Below are positions 19,749 through 30,303 of a DNA stretch of 64,000 nt, piece by piece (position 1 is the first letter of the stretch; each line of letters opens with the position of its first letter). The stretch spans positions 856 to 64,855 of the forward strand of contig JAURFW010000011.1 of NCBI GenBank assembly GCA_030834125.1. The letters run 5' to 3'. A model generated the notes under the pieces. That model saw only the letters and a list, made by a program, of their open reading frames with translations. It did no database searches and was not told where the DNA came from. The stretch is from Bacteroidota bacterium (lineage in GTDB: Bacteria; Bacteroidota; Bacteroidia; NS11-12g; UBA955). The translations under genes and the position numbers were made by a program.

Positions 19749-19769
19749 TTTGAGGCTTTTTGCCTCAAA
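19749..19769. terminator. Hairpin after the ribBA operon
   Basis: TTTGAGGC-ttttt-GCCTCAAA. There is no classical U-tract on the + strand. Confidence 0.4.
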
Positions 19770-19778
19770 AGTTCGTTG

Positions 19779-19786
19779 TATCTTTG
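19779..19786 (+). promoter_or_regulatory. -7 promoter box 5 nt before the yqeY ATG
   Basis: TATCTTTG-cactc-ATG. Confidence 0.7.
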
Positions 19787-19791
19787 CACTC

Positions 19792-20235
19792 ATGACATTG
19801 GCAGATAAAATCAATGAGGGTATAAAAGAGGCGATGAAAGCTAAAGATAGCGATCGTTTAAGGGCACTTAGAGGTATTAAAAGTGCATTTTTATTATTAC
19901 AAACAGCAGAGGGCGCAAGCACTATAACAGAAGATAGTTACATCAAAGCCCTTCAAAAATTAGCAAAGCAAAGAAAAGACTCAATTGAAATTTACGAACA
20001 GCAAGGTCGTGAGGATTTGGCAAATACCGAGAAATCTGAATTAAAGTTTATTGAACAATATTTACCAGCACAAATGGGTGAGGAAGAAATTCGTGCTATC
20101 ATAAAAAATATTGTCAGTGATCTAGGTATTTCAGGGCCTGCAGCGATGGGCAAGGTAATGCCAGAAGCAATGAAGGCATTAGGGGGTAAAGCAGATGGCA
20201 AATTAATTTCTCAAATTGTTAAAGAATCATTATAA
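19792..20235 (+). CDS. GatB/YqeY domain protein
   Basis: IKEAMKAKD...LRGIKSA, KQRKDSIEIY, YLPAQM, MGKVM and GKADGK. Start moved to ATG 19792. Confidence 0.93.
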   Translation: MTLADKINEGIKEAMKAKDSDRLRALRGIKSAFLLLQTAEGASTITEDSYIKALQKLAKQRKDSIEIYEQQGREDLANTEKSELKFIEQYLPAQMGEEEIRAIIKNIVSDLGISGPAAMGKVMPEAMKALGGKADGKLISQIVKESL

Positions 20236-20238
20236 AAA

Positions 20239-21777
20239 ATGTCAAGACCAGTAAGAGTCAGATTTGCACCTAGTCCCACTGGCCCATTGCATATTGGGGG
20301 TGTTCGGACAGCATTATACAACTATTTGTTTGCAAAGAAAAATAATGGTACTATGATCCTTCGCTTGGAGGATACTGATCAAACAAGGTTTGTTGAGGGT
20401 GCAGAAAAATATATTAAAGAAAGTCTTTCTTGGTTAGGAATGGAAATTCATGAAGGGCCAGACCAAGGCGGACCGCATTCCCCGTATCGTCAAAGTGAGC
20501 GTAAACCCATGTACAGGCAATATGCAGAACAACTTATTGAAGCAGGTTTAGCATATTATGCTTTTGATACTTCTGAAGAGTTGGATGAAATGAGGAAAAG
20601 ATTGGAGGCAAGTAAAATGCAACCGGCATACGACTCTGTGAGCAGAATGTCCATGAAAAATTCATTAACACTGTCTGCAGATGAAGTAAAATCACGACTT
20701 GATAACGGGGATGACTATGTTATTCGAATAAAACTCCCGAGAAAAGAAGAAGTAAGATTTCATGATATTGTTCGAGGTTGGGTAGTTGTAAGCACAGGTC
20801 AAATGGATGATAAAGTACTATTGAAAGCAGATGGAATGCCTACTTATCACTTGGCCAACGTTGTAGATGATTATCTAATGGGAATTTCTCATGTTATACG
20901 TGGAGAAGAATGGCTACCAAGCGCACCTTTACATGTAATGTTATACAAATTTCTCGGTTGGGAAGATGCAATGCCCGAATTCGCACACTTACCATTGTTG
21001 TTGAAGCCAGAAGGAAATGGTAAATTAAGTAAACGGGATGGCGATAGGTTAGGTTTTCCTGTATTTCCAATGGATTGGATTGATCCTAAAACTGGAGATA
21101 AAAGCTCAGGGTATCGTGAGTCAGGATATTTCCCTGAAGCGGTGGCAAACATGTTGGCAATGTTAGGTTGGCACCCATCTGACAATCGAGAATTGTTTAC
21201 AATAGATGAGCTTATAGATGCATTTTCACTAGAGCGAGTAAGTAAAAGTGGGGCTAAATTTGATGTACAAAAGGCATATTGGTTTAATCAACAATATCTT
21301 CAAAAAAAGAGCCCTTCCGAGGTATATAAGATGATCGAATCGATTGTTGAAGAAAATGGTTTTGATGCTTGTCAAGAGTATATTGAATCGGTAGTTGTAT
21401 TGATGAGAGAGAAGGTACAATTTGCCAAGGATATTGTATTACAGGGACAATACTTTTTTAAAGATCCTACCGAGTATGATCAAACAGTAATTCAAAAGAA
21501 GTGGAAAGAAAATACCAACCAAATATTGGGCGATATTGCAAAGAAATTCGAAACCTTATCTGAAGCAGCATCTCCCGAGGAATATGAAAATTCCTTCAAA
21601 GAAGCTTGTGAATACCATGGAGAGAAACCGGGTTCATTACTCCAACCCTTGAGAGTTGTTGTATCTGGACAAGGCGTTGGGGCTCCGATCTGGGATATGA
21701 TTGCTTTAATTGGAAGAGATTACATAATAAATCGCATTCAAACAGCAATTGGTAAAATTTCATTTTCAATTGGTTAA
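20239..21777 (+). CDS. gltX: Glutamate--tRNA ligase
   Basis: RFAPSPTGPLHIGG, LRLEDTDQ, HVIRGEEWL and KLSKR. Confidence 0.98.
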   Translation: MSRPVRVRFAPSPTGPLHIGGVRTALYNYLFAKKNNGTMILRLEDTDQTRFVEGAEKYIKESLSWLGMEIHEGPDQGGPHSPYRQSERKPMYRQYAEQLIEAGLAYYAFDTSEELDEMRKRLEASKMQPAYDSVSRMSMKNSLTLSADEVKSRLDNGDDYVIRIKLPRKEEVRFHDIVRGWVVVSTGQMDDKVLLKADGMPTYHLANVVDDYLMGISHVIRGEEWLPSAPLHVMLYKFLGWEDAMPEFAHLPLLLKPEGNGKLSKRDGDRLGFPVFPMDWIDPKTGDKSSGYRESGYFPEAVANMLAMLGWHPSDNRELFTIDELIDAFSLERVSKSGAKFDVQKAYWFNQQYLQKKSPSEVYKMIESIVEENGFDACQEYIESVVVLMREKVQFAKDIVLQGQYFFKDPTEYDQTVIQKKWKENTNQILGDIAKKFETLSEAASPEEYENSFKEACEYHGEKPGSLLQPLRVVVSGQGVGAPIWDMIALIGRDYIINRIQTAIGKISFSIG

Positions 21778-21823
21778 TCTATCGCGTATTTTCGCCCTTC
21801 ATAATAAAAAAAGAAATTAAAAC

Positions 21824-24800
21824 ATGCGTTCCTTTTCAAAACTAAATGTAATTATTGGATGGCTGATGTTTTTGGTTGCCCTTGTGGTTTATACTTTAAC
21901 ATTGGAGCCGTCGGTGAGCTTGTGGGATTGCGGAGAATTCGCTTCGGCAGCTTATAAACTTCAAGTTGTTCACCCTCCTGGAGCACCATTTTTCTTGATG
22001 GTGGGTAGGTTATTCTCATTATTGGCGACTGATCCCGCTTCTGTAGGATTTTGGATTAATATGTTATCTGCAGTTTCATCTGCGGGAGCTGTAATGTTTA
22101 CTTATTGGATTACAACATACTTCGCGGATAAATTAGTTGAGGAGGATAACGATTCAAGAAATATACTTATCTATGGAGCAGGTATAATTGCAGCATTAAC
22201 AAACACCTTTGTTGATACATTCTGGTTCAGTGCAGTGGAAGCTGAGGTATATGCAATGAGTTCCTTTTTCACTTCATTAACTTTCTGGGCTGTATTGAAA
22301 TGGTATAAAATGGATGACAATAAATATACAGATCGTTGGATTGTATTTATTGCTTTCATGATCGGATTGGCTTTAGGAACACACATGTTGAACTTACTTG
22401 TGATTCCAACTGTTTGCTTGGCTTATTATTTTAAGAAATATACCCCTACCAGAAATGGAGTTATCATGGCGCTTGGAGCTGCTGCTGTAGCATTAGCGGT
22501 TGTAATGAAGTTTATTTATCCTGGAATTCCTTGGTTGATTGCAAATTTGGATAGAGCATTTGTTAACGGTATGGGAATGCCGTTTTATTCTGGTGCAATT
22601 ACAGCAGTTGCATTAGTATTTGCCTTAGTAATTTATCTTGTACACTATACGCACAAAAGGCAAATGCATAATCTCAATGTGATAATTTTATCTGCTGGAT
22701 TTATCATATTTGGTTATTCGTCATATGCAATGGTAATTATTCGTTCAATGGCTAATACAGCGATTGATATGAATAACCCAGAAGATCCATATAAATTTTA
22801 TGGATATATCACTCGTGAGCAGTATGGAGATCGCCCCTTGGCATATGGTCCATATTTTAATGCACCTCAAACTGGATATAATAAAAAAGGAACTAGATAT
22901 TTTAAATCTGACGAGAAATACGAAAAGGGTGGAGATATAATTGAGCCAACCTTTGAGGCAGTAGACATTGATGGTAATGGAGTTCCCGATGATTACAATA
23001 CATTATTCCCAAGAATGGGTCGAAGTGGTAAGCCAAATGATGCTCGAGGATATCGTTTGTATGGTGGAATGGATGATGTACAGGCAGAAATTGATCGTTT
23101 AAATTCTAAAGCCCGTCAACAACCCTTAAGTCAACAAGAGAGGTATCAATTACAATTGTTGAATTATCAAATACCATCTTTTTCGAATAACATGAGGTTC
23201 TTCGTTAACTATCAGATTAGATATATGTATTTGAGGTATTTCATGTGGAATTTTGTTGGAAGGTTCAACGATCAGCAAGCAACTTCGGGAAATACTCAAT
23301 TGGATGGAAACTGGTATAGCGGAATTCCATTTATTGATAATTGGATTATTGGTGATGTTGAGGAGCTACCTGATTTCTACAATAATCAGAAAGCAAGAAA
23401 TGCATACTATTTCTTGCCATTAATTTTGGGTTTACTTGGTTTAGTATTCCAATACGGTAAAAAGAAAAAAGATTTTTGGTTAATCATGACCATGTTCATC
23501 TTCACAGGAATACTGATTATTGTTTATACCAATCAGCCACCATACGAGCCTCGTGAGCGAGATTATGCGGTGGTCGGCTCCTTCCAAATATTCTGTATTT
23601 GGGTTGGGTTAGGCGTGTTGTCAGTTGCGAAATGGTTAAAGAAATATGCTGGTAAAAGTGCGGCGATAATTTCCATCGGGCTTTCAATTCTTTTAGTTCC
23701 GGTAAATATGGCTGCAGAGAATTGGGATGATCACGACCGTTCTGGTAGATATATTGGAATAGATATGGCTAAAAATTTCTTAGAAAATTTAGAGCCAAAT
23801 GCGATTTTATTCTGTAATGGTGATAATGATACATACCCGTTGTGGTATGCTCAAAATGTTGAGGGAATTCGTACGGATGTTAGAATTATTAATCAATCCT
23901 TATTACCAACAGAATGGTATAGTTCAGTATTATTAGATACGGTTAATAAATCTACACCTTTGCCATTGACGCTAACTAAAAAAGATCTTCAAACGGGTAG
24001 TTTTGATTATGGCATCATGATTGATACTACAAATTATCCGCCACAAAATGCGGGAGAGATAATTAAGGGGATGTTAGCGCTTAAAGAAAAGCAAGGTGGA
24101 TTAACAGATGGAATTTCTTGGAAAGGGAAACAAATTTATATTCCAGTAGATAAAGAAGAGGCGTTAAAGTCTGGCATTGTAAATCCTTCAAATGCTAGTT
24201 TAATTGTGGATTCAATAGCTATAAGTTTAGGGGGACAAACCTACTTAGACAAGGGCGATTTATTGATGTATGATCTTGTTAATCAGGTGGCAAGGCAAGG
24301 TTGGAAAAGGCCAATATACTTTACATCTGTTTCTGGCTTTGATTTTAAAGGAATGAACGACTATCTTGAATTAGAGGGATTGGTTTATAAGTTAGTTCCA
24401 ATAAAAGGAGGTTCAAGCAATAGAATTCCGATGAGAACTAATTATGATAAGCTCTATAATAATTTGGTAAATACCTATAAATATTATCAAATGAAGGAGA
24501 AAGAAAACTTCTTTTTAGATGATAAAGCTTCTTATGTTCCTATGGATATTCACAGATTTGCATACGATTTAGCAAGTCATTATGTGCGCCAAATTGATTT
24601 AATTAATCAAATTAATGTGCAAATGGGTGTGAACGAGGCTGCCATTCGCCAAAATGCTTCTCCAGAGCCAGGCTATGCGAATGCTGGTGAATATTTTGAT
24701 ATGAATAAGGATAGTATTGAAGCGTTCAAAAATAAAGCTAAAAAAGTGCTTGACCATGTTAGAACAGAGATTCCAGAGAAAGTACTTCCATTAAATAGAG

Positions 24801-25084
24801 ATTTAAGAATTGAGTTTGCTAATCTTTATTTAAGTCTTGGAGCTGATAAGGAGGCTAAAGAATTATTTGACCTGAGTTTTGAAGAAAATCGTAAATATTT
24901 TAATTTCTATTATCAAGGTGGAAAAGGTTTAGATGAGCCATCTGATTATGTTCTAAGAGAAATTTACACCTCGAAACAATTAATTCAACGAGCCGTTCAA
25001 TTGTTGGAGTCAAAAGGAAAAAAGCAGTGGGTTACCGAATATAAACCCAAGGTTCAGAATATTTTAGATCTTAAATTACAATAA
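21824..25084 (+). CDS. DUF2723 / TMEM260-like multi-pass membrane glycosyltransferase (GT-C fold)
   Basis: WDCGEF, HPPGAPFF, FWFSAVEAEVY, EPRERDY, ENWDDHDRS and GDNDTYPLWY motifs, with many transmembrane segments. Confidence 0.9.
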   Translation: MRSFSKLNVIIGWLMFLVALVVYTLTLEPSVSLWDCGEFASAAYKLQVVHPPGAPFFLMVGRLFSLLATDPASVGFWINMLSAVSSAGAVMFTYWITTYFADKLVEEDNDSRNILIYGAGIIAALTNTFVDTFWFSAVEAEVYAMSSFFTSLTFWAVLKWYKMDDNKYTDRWIVFIAFMIGLALGTHMLNLLVIPTVCLAYYFKKYTPTRNGVIMALGAAAVALAVVMKFIYPGIPWLIANLDRAFVNGMGMPFYSGAITAVALVFALVIYLVHYTHKRQMHNLNVIILSAGFIIFGYSSYAMVIIRSMANTAIDMNNPEDPYKFYGYITREQYGDRPLAYGPYFNAPQTGYNKKGTRYFKSDEKYEKGGDIIEPTFEAVDIDGNGVPDDYNTLFPRMGRSGKPNDARGYRLYGGMDDVQAEIDRLNSKARQQPLSQQERYQLQLLNYQIPSFSNNMRFFVNYQIRYMYLRYFMWNFVGRFNDQQATSGNTQLDGNWYSGIPFIDNWIIGDVEELPDFYNNQKARNAYYFLPLILGLLGLVFQYGKKKKDFWLIMTMFIFTGILIIVYTNQPPYEPRERDYAVVGSFQIFCIWVGLGVLSVAKWLKKYAGKSAAIISIGLSILLVPVNMAAENWDDHDRSGRYIGIDMAKNFLENLEPNAILFCNGDNDTYPLWYAQNVEGIRTDVRIINQSLLPTEWYSSVLLDTVNKSTPLPLTLTKKDLQTGSFDYGIMIDTTNYPPQNAGEIIKGMLALKEKQGGLTDGISWKGKQIYIPVDKEEALKSGIVNPSNASLIVDSIAISLGGQTYLDKGDLLMYDLVNQVARQGWKRPIYFTSVSGFDFKGMNDYLELEGLVYKLVPIKGGSSNRIPMRTNYDKLYNNLVNTYKYYQMKEKENFFLDDKASYVPMDIHRFAYDLASHYVRQIDLINQINVQMGVNEAAIRQNASPEPGYANAGEYFDMNKDSIEAFKNKAKKVLDHVRTEIPEKVLPLNRDLRIEFANLYLSLGADKEAKELFDLSFEENRKYFNFYYQGGKGLDEPSDYVLREIYTSKQLIQRAVQLLESKGKKQWVTEYKPKVQNILDLKLQ

Positions 25085-25085
25085 C

Positions 25086-25113
25086 AAAAACCCCGCTGAA
25101 AGCGGGGGTTTTT
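25086..25113 (+). terminator. Terminator-like hairpin directly abutting the rlmB start codon
   Basis: AAAAACCCCGCT-gaa-AGCGGGGGTTTTT followed immediately by ATG. Confidence 0.65.
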
Positions 25114-25860
25114 ATGAAGTCTAATCAGTCATTAATTTACGGAATCCATCCAGTTATAGAAGCGCTGGAGTCAGGAAAAACTATTGATAAAGTATGGATT
25201 CAAGAGGGTTTTCAAACCGGCCAACTGGCTGAAATAATTCAACTTCTAAAGAGTAGAAGAATTATTTGGAGACAAGTTCCTTCTAGTAAATTAAATTCCT
25301 TAGTTAGAGGGAATCATCAAGGGATAGTCATTTCGCTTTCATCCGTTGATTTTGCTCGAATTGAAGATGTTATTGACGCAGCCTATTCCAAAGGTAAAGA
25401 TCCATTTATTTTAGTGTTAGATGGGATTACTGATGTTCGAAATTTTGGCGCTATTACTAGAACGGCATTGAGTGCAGGAGTGGACGGAATAATAATTCCT
25501 GAAACTGGCGCTGCACCAGTGGGCCCAGATTCAATAAAGACCTCTGCAGGGGCCCTGCTGAAAATACCAATTTGTAGAACAAATTCAATGCATCATTCAC
25601 TGAAGCATTTAAAAAATTCAGGATTAACAATTGTGGGGGCAACTGAAAAAGCGGCTCAAGGACTTTACGAAACAGATTTTTCTGGTCCATTGGCTGTGGT
25701 AATGGGTAATGAGGAGAAAGGAATTTCTTTAGACGCAACTAAAATGTGCGACTATACAATAAAAATTCCAATGGCAGAAGGTTCAATCGATTCATTGAAT
25801 GTTGGTGTGGCTACTGGTGTTGTCATATATGAAGCTTTCAGACAAAGATTAATAATGTAA
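25114..25860 (+). CDS. rlmB: 23S rRNA (Gm2251) 2'-O-methyltransferase, SPOUT family
   Basis: IYGIHPVIEAL, NHQG, LDGITDVRNFGAI, MGNEEKG and SLNVGVA. Confidence 0.93.
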   Translation: MKSNQSLIYGIHPVIEALESGKTIDKVWIQEGFQTGQLAEIIQLLKSRRIIWRQVPSSKLNSLVRGNHQGIVISLSSVDFARIEDVIDAAYSKGKDPFILVLDGITDVRNFGAITRTALSAGVDGIIIPETGAAPVGPDSIKTSAGALLKIPICRTNSMHHSLKHLKNSGLTIVGATEKAAQGLYETDFSGPLAVVMGNEEKGISLDATKMCDYTIKIPMAEGSIDSLNVGVATGVVIYEAFRQRLIM

Positions 25861-25869
25861 TTTGGGTTT

Positions 25870-26988
25870 ATGAAAGGAATTCAAATGGTCAATTTGGTTT
25901 CTCATTATAATCGGTATAAAAAGCTGATTGATGCAAGAATAAATTCGGTTTTAGAACATGGAAAATTCATACAAGGGCCCGAAGTGCGAGAATTTGAGCA
26001 TGAATTAGCTAAATTTCTAGGAGTAAACCATGTAATTACCTGCGGTAATGGCACCGATGCACTTCAAATTGCCTTTATGGCACTTAATTTAAAAGAAGGC
26101 TCAGAAGTAATCGTTCCTTCTTTTGCCTATGCAGCTTTGCCAGAAGTATTATTATTATTAAGACTAAAACCAATTTTTGTTGATGTAAACCAAGATACCT
26201 TTCTCATTGATATAAAAAAGGTAGAGGAAAAGATTACTGAAAAAACCGTTGCAATAGCTCCAGTTCATTTATTTGGCCAAAATGCCAATATGGAAGCAAT
26301 TGTAAAAATTGCAAAAGAAAATAATTTAAAAATTGTTGAAGACGCCGCTCAAAGTTTGGGTAGTTGGTATTGCTCGGAAAACATCCACGGTGCATCAGGT
26401 TGTATAGGTGATATTGGTATAACATCATTTTTTCCGAGTAAAAATTTAGGTTGCTTCGGCGATGGAGGTGCAATATTTACCAACGATTCTAAATTGGCAG
26501 AAAGAGCAAGAAAAATATCAAATCACGGTCAGTCCAAGAAATACACTCATGAAATTATTGGCTTGAATTCGCGTTTAGATACAATGCAAGCAGCAATCTT
26601 ACTGGCAAAATTACCTCATTTAGAATCATGTATTTATGGTAGAGTTAAGGTGGCTGAACGCTATCAATCAGAATTATCAAAAATAAGTTCAATTAAACTT
26701 CCTAAAAGAGATTCCAATGGAACGCACTCTTATCATCAATACACTATCAAACTAGAAAATAGTATTATCAGGGATAATCTTGCCGCGTATCTGCATTCAA
26801 AAAATATAGCATCTATGATTTATTATCCCCTACCTTTGCATAGACAAAAAGCTTATTCTGTGCTTATTGATCTATCCGTATCTGAAAATCTCTGTTCTAC
26901 AGTTTTAAGCTTACCAATTTGTCCAGAATTGACAGAAGTTGAACAATTTGAAATTATAAACGAAATAAAATTTTTCTTTAATCAATGA
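25870..26988 (+). CDS. DegT/DnrJ/EryC1/StrS family nucleotide-sugar aminotransferase
   Basis: NGTDAL, VHLFGQ, EDAAQS, SFFPSKNLG (PLP lysine) and NSRLD. Confidence 0.93.
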   Translation: MKGIQMVNLVSHYNRYKKLIDARINSVLEHGKFIQGPEVREFEHELAKFLGVNHVITCGNGTDALQIAFMALNLKEGSEVIVPSFAYAALPEVLLLLRLKPIFVDVNQDTFLIDIKKVEEKITEKTVAIAPVHLFGQNANMEAIVKIAKENNLKIVEDAAQSLGSWYCSENIHGASGCIGDIGITSFFPSKNLGCFGDGGAIFTNDSKLAERARKISNHGQSKKYTHEIIGLNSRLDTMQAAILLAKLPHLESCIYGRVKVAERYQSELSKISSIKLPKRDSNGTHSYHQYTIKLENSIIRDNLAAYLHSKNIASMIYYPLPLHRQKAYSVLIDLSVSENLCSTVLSLPICPELTEVEQFEIINEIKFFFNQ

Positions 26989-28292
26989 AAATAGCAGTAG
27001 TAGGCACAGGGTATGTTGGTTTAGTTAGTGGAACTTGTTTCGCGGAAACAGGAAACGAAGTAATTTGTGTGGATATTGATCAATCTAAAGTAGACAGATT
27101 AAGCGATGGTCAAATTACGATATATGAGCCTGGCCTTGAAGTATTGTTTAAAAGAAATTTAAAGGAAGGCAGATTAACATTTACTAAAAATCTTGATGAG
27201 GCTATTAAAGATAGTTTGGTGATATTTTTAGCATTACCAACTCCTCCAGGTGAGGATGGTTCTGCGGATTTACGTTACGTATTAGGTGTTGCTAAAAATC
27301 TTGGAAAAATATTGACTGATTACAAGGTTATTGTTGATAAAAGTACTGTCCCAGTTGGTACTGCAGATAAAGTAAAAGCTGCAATCCAAGAAAATTTCAA
27401 AGGTGATTTTGATGTTGTTTCTAATCCTGAGTTTTTAAGGGAAGGGGTGGCAGTTGATGATTTTATGAAACCAGATCGTGTTGTAATTGGTGCAGAATCA
27501 GAAAAGGCATTTGGCATCATGGATGAATTATATGCACCTTATGTACGCCAAGGTAATCCAGTGATGCATATGGATACTAGAAGTGCCGAGTTAACCAAAT
27601 ATGCTGCGAATTCATTTCTAGCAACTAAAATTTCCTTTATGAATGAAATTGCTCGTTTATGTGAGTTATTAGGGGCGGATGTAGATATGGTCCGTAAAGG
27701 TGTTGGAAGTGATGATAGAATAGGAAAAAGATTCTTATTCCCAGGGATCGGCTATGGTGGAAGTTGTTTTCCAAAAGATGTTAAAGCATTGGTTCATAGC
27801 GCCTCCGAAGTGAATTACGATTTTAAAATATTAAAGGCTGTCGAATTTGTAAACGCGGATCAAAAGAAGGCCTTATTACCAAAAATTGACTCACATTATA
27901 ACTCAATTGAAGGGAAGACAATTGCAATATGGGGCTTGGCATTTAAACCAAATACAGATGATATTAGAGAAGCTCCGGCTTTAGAGATGATAGATGAATT
28001 GAAGAAAAGAGGAGCAAATATCAAGGTTTATGACCCTGAAGCTATGTTAAATGTTAAAAATTTAATTAGCGAGAAGGTTGAATATTGTGATTCTAGCTAT
28101 GAGACTATTGAAGGCGCAGACTTTTTAATAATTGCAACAGAATGGCCTGAATTTAGAACACCTGATTTCCAGAAAATCAAAGATAAATTAAAGGAGTCGG
28201 TTATTTTCGATGGTCGAAATTTATTTGACTTAGCACTCATGAAAAAACATGGTTTTACCTACTACAGTATTGGTAGATCAACTATAAAATAA
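26985..28292 (+). CDS. ugd: UDP-glucose 6-dehydrogenase
   Basis: [32 protein letters not shown] and [10 protein letters not shown]. Confidence 0.95.
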   Translation: MKIAVVGTGYVGLVSGTCFAETGNEVICVDIDQSKVDRLSDGQITIYEPGLEVLFKRNLKEGRLTFTKNLDEAIKDSLVIFLALPTPPGEDGSADLRYVLGVAKNLGKILTDYKVIVDKSTVPVGTADKVKAAIQENFKGDFDVVSNPEFLREGVAVDDFMKPDRVVIGAESEKAFGIMDELYAPYVRQGNPVMHMDTRSAELTKYAANSFLATKISFMNEIARLCELLGADVDMVRKGVGSDDRIGKRFLFPGIGYGGSCFPKDVKALVHSASEVNYDFKILKAVEFVNADQKKALLPKIDSHYNSIEGKTIAIWGLAFKPNTDDIREAPALEMIDELKKRGANIKVYDPEAMLNVKNLISEKVEYCDSSYETIEGADFLIIATEWPEFRTPDFQKIKDKLKESVIFDGRNLFDLALMKKHGFTYYSIGRSTIK

Positions 28293-28293
28293 C

Positions 28294-29277
28294 ATGAAGA
28301 AAGAAAGAGTTTTAATCACTGGTGCTGCAGGTTTTTTAGGTTCACACCTTTGCGATAGGTTTATTAATGAGGGTTACTACGTAATCGGGATGGATAATCT
28401 AATAACTGGTGACCTCAGAAATATAGAGCACTTATTTCATCATGAGGACTTTGAATTTTCTCATCATGATGTAAGCAAATTTGTTCATGTTCCAGGTGAG
28501 TTAAAGTTCATTTTGCATTTTGCATCTCCAGCAAGTCCTATTGATTATTTAAAAATACCCATTCAAACATTGAAAGTGGGTTCTTTAGGTACTCATAATT
28601 TATTGGGACTGGCAAAAGATAAAAAGGCTAGAATATTAGTTGCAAGCACAAGTGAAGTATATGGTGACCCGACTGTACATCCTCAAACTGAAGATTATTG
28701 GGGAAATGTTAATCCCGTAGGACCAAGAGGAGTATATGATGAGGCAAAGCGTTTCCAAGAGGCGATGACCATGGCCTATCATACTTATCATCAGGTTGAA
28801 ACTAGGATTGTTCGTATTTTCAACACGTATGGACCTAGAATGCGTCTTAATGATGGTAGAGTATTACCTGCATTCATGGGACAAGCACTTCGCGGTGAGG
28901 ATTTAACGATATTTGGAGACGGCAGTCAAACTCGAAGTTTCTGTTATGTTGATGACCTGGTAGAGGGCATTTATAGATTATTGTTATCTGATTGTGTAGA
29001 TCCGGTTAATGTGGGCAATCCTAAGGAGATTTCTATAAAAGAATTTGCAGATGAAATAATAAGGCTTACTGGTACAGATCAAAAAGTTGTTTATAAACCA
29101 TTACCAACCGATGATCCTAAACAGCGTCAGCCAAATATTGATAAAGCTAATGAAATTCTTGGTTGGGAACCAAGATATACTCGTGAAGAAGGATTGAAAA
29201 TAACTTGGGAATATTTTAAAAGCTTGCCAAAAGAACGCCTTTACGAAGAGGCGCACCATAGAGATTTTAAAGGATAG
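28294..29277 (+). CDS. UDP-glucuronate decarboxylase (UDP-xylose synthase)
   Basis: [38 protein letters not shown] and [10 protein letters not shown]. Confidence 0.93.
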   Translation: MKKERVLITGAAGFLGSHLCDRFINEGYYVIGMDNLITGDLRNIEHLFHHEDFEFSHHDVSKFVHVPGELKFILHFASPASPIDYLKIPIQTLKVGSLGTHNLLGLAKDKKARILVASTSEVYGDPTVHPQTEDYWGNVNPVGPRGVYDEAKRFQEAMTMAYHTYHQVETRIVRIFNTYGPRMRLNDGRVLPAFMGQALRGEDLTIFGDGSQTRSFCYVDDLVEGIYRLLLSDCVDPVNVGNPKEISIKEFADEIIRLTGTDQKVVYKPLPTDDPKQRQPNIDKANEILGWEPRYTREEGLKITWEYFKSLPKERLYEEAHHRDFKG

Positions 29278-30303
29278 TTATTGTTTTAATGCTAATTGTC
29301 CGCACGCGGCATCAATATCTTTTCCTCGACTTTTTCTTACATTTACTATTAAGCGTTGTTTTTCGAGGTTGCTCGCGAATTGGTCTAACCTACTCGTGGG
29401 TAAATAGTCCGCTGTACTAATAGGGTTATATTCAATTAGGTTAATTTTACATGGAAATAATTTTGCAAAAGCTGCCAACTCTTTTTCAGATTGACTATCG
29501 TCGTTAACTTTTGCAATAACGGTATATTCTAGGGTTGGTCTAATTTGAGTCTTTTCATACCAATAATTCAAAGAATCCGCTAAATCTTCTAAAGGATTAC
29601 TATCATTAATAGGCATTATGGCAGAACGTTTTTCGTTAGAAGCTGCATGTAAACTCAATGCTAAATTAGTTCGAAGTCCATCATCTGCCATTTTTTTAAT
29701 CATTTTGGTGATTCCAGCAGTTGAAATTGTTAATCTTGAAGGACTCATAGCTTGACCATCGGGTGATGTCAGAAGATTTACGCTTCTCAATACTTCAGAA
29801 TAATTCAATAAAGGTTCGCCCATCCCCATATAAACTATATTGTCTAGCTTTTTTTGATGGTGTTCAAAAGATAGTTTATTGATTAGGTTGAATTGGTCGA
29901 AAATTTCCGCAGCTTTTAAGTTTCGCTGTCTTTTTAAATAGCCAGTGGCACAGAATTTACAATCAAGGCTACATCCTACTTGACTGCTGATGCAAGCAGT
30001 AGTTCTATTTTTTGTTGGAATTAATACACCTTCAACTAAATTCTCATCCCATAATTCGAAGATTACCTTTATTGTCCCATCACTAGAGTATTGTGCTGTT
30101 TTTATTTTTGTGATGTTAAAAGTAAATTCATCCGATAGTCTATCTCTTAATGACTTGGAAATATTGGTCATTTCATCAAAAGAAGCACAGCAGTTTTGCC
30201 AAAGCCATTTATAAATTTGTTTTGCCCTGAATGCAGATTCTCCCCAATTTTCAAGGATATTTTGGATTTCTAATAATGAAAGGTCTCTAATATCTTTCAT
30301 CAT
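29278..30303 (-). CDS. rlmN: 23S rRNA m2A2503 radical-SAM methyltransferase
   Basis: CSLDCKFC, MGMGEP and DIDAACGQL. Confidence 0.96.
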   Translation of the reverse strand: MMKDIRDLSLLEIQNILENWGESAFRAKQIYKWLWQNCCASFDEMTNISKSLRDRLSDEFTFNITKIKTAQYSSDGTIKVIFELWDENLVEGVLIPTKNRTTACISSQVGCSLDCKFCATGYLKRQRNLKAAEIFDQFNLINKLSFEHHQKKLDNIVYMGMGEPLLNYSEVLRSVNLLTSPDGQAMSPSRLTISTAGITKMIKKMADDGLRTNLALSLHAASNEKRSAIMPINDSNPLEDLADSLNYWYEKTQIRPTLEYTVIAKVNDDSQSEKELAAFAKLFPCKINLIEYNPISTADYLPTSRLDQFASNLEKQRLIVNVRKSRGKDIDAACGQLALKQ

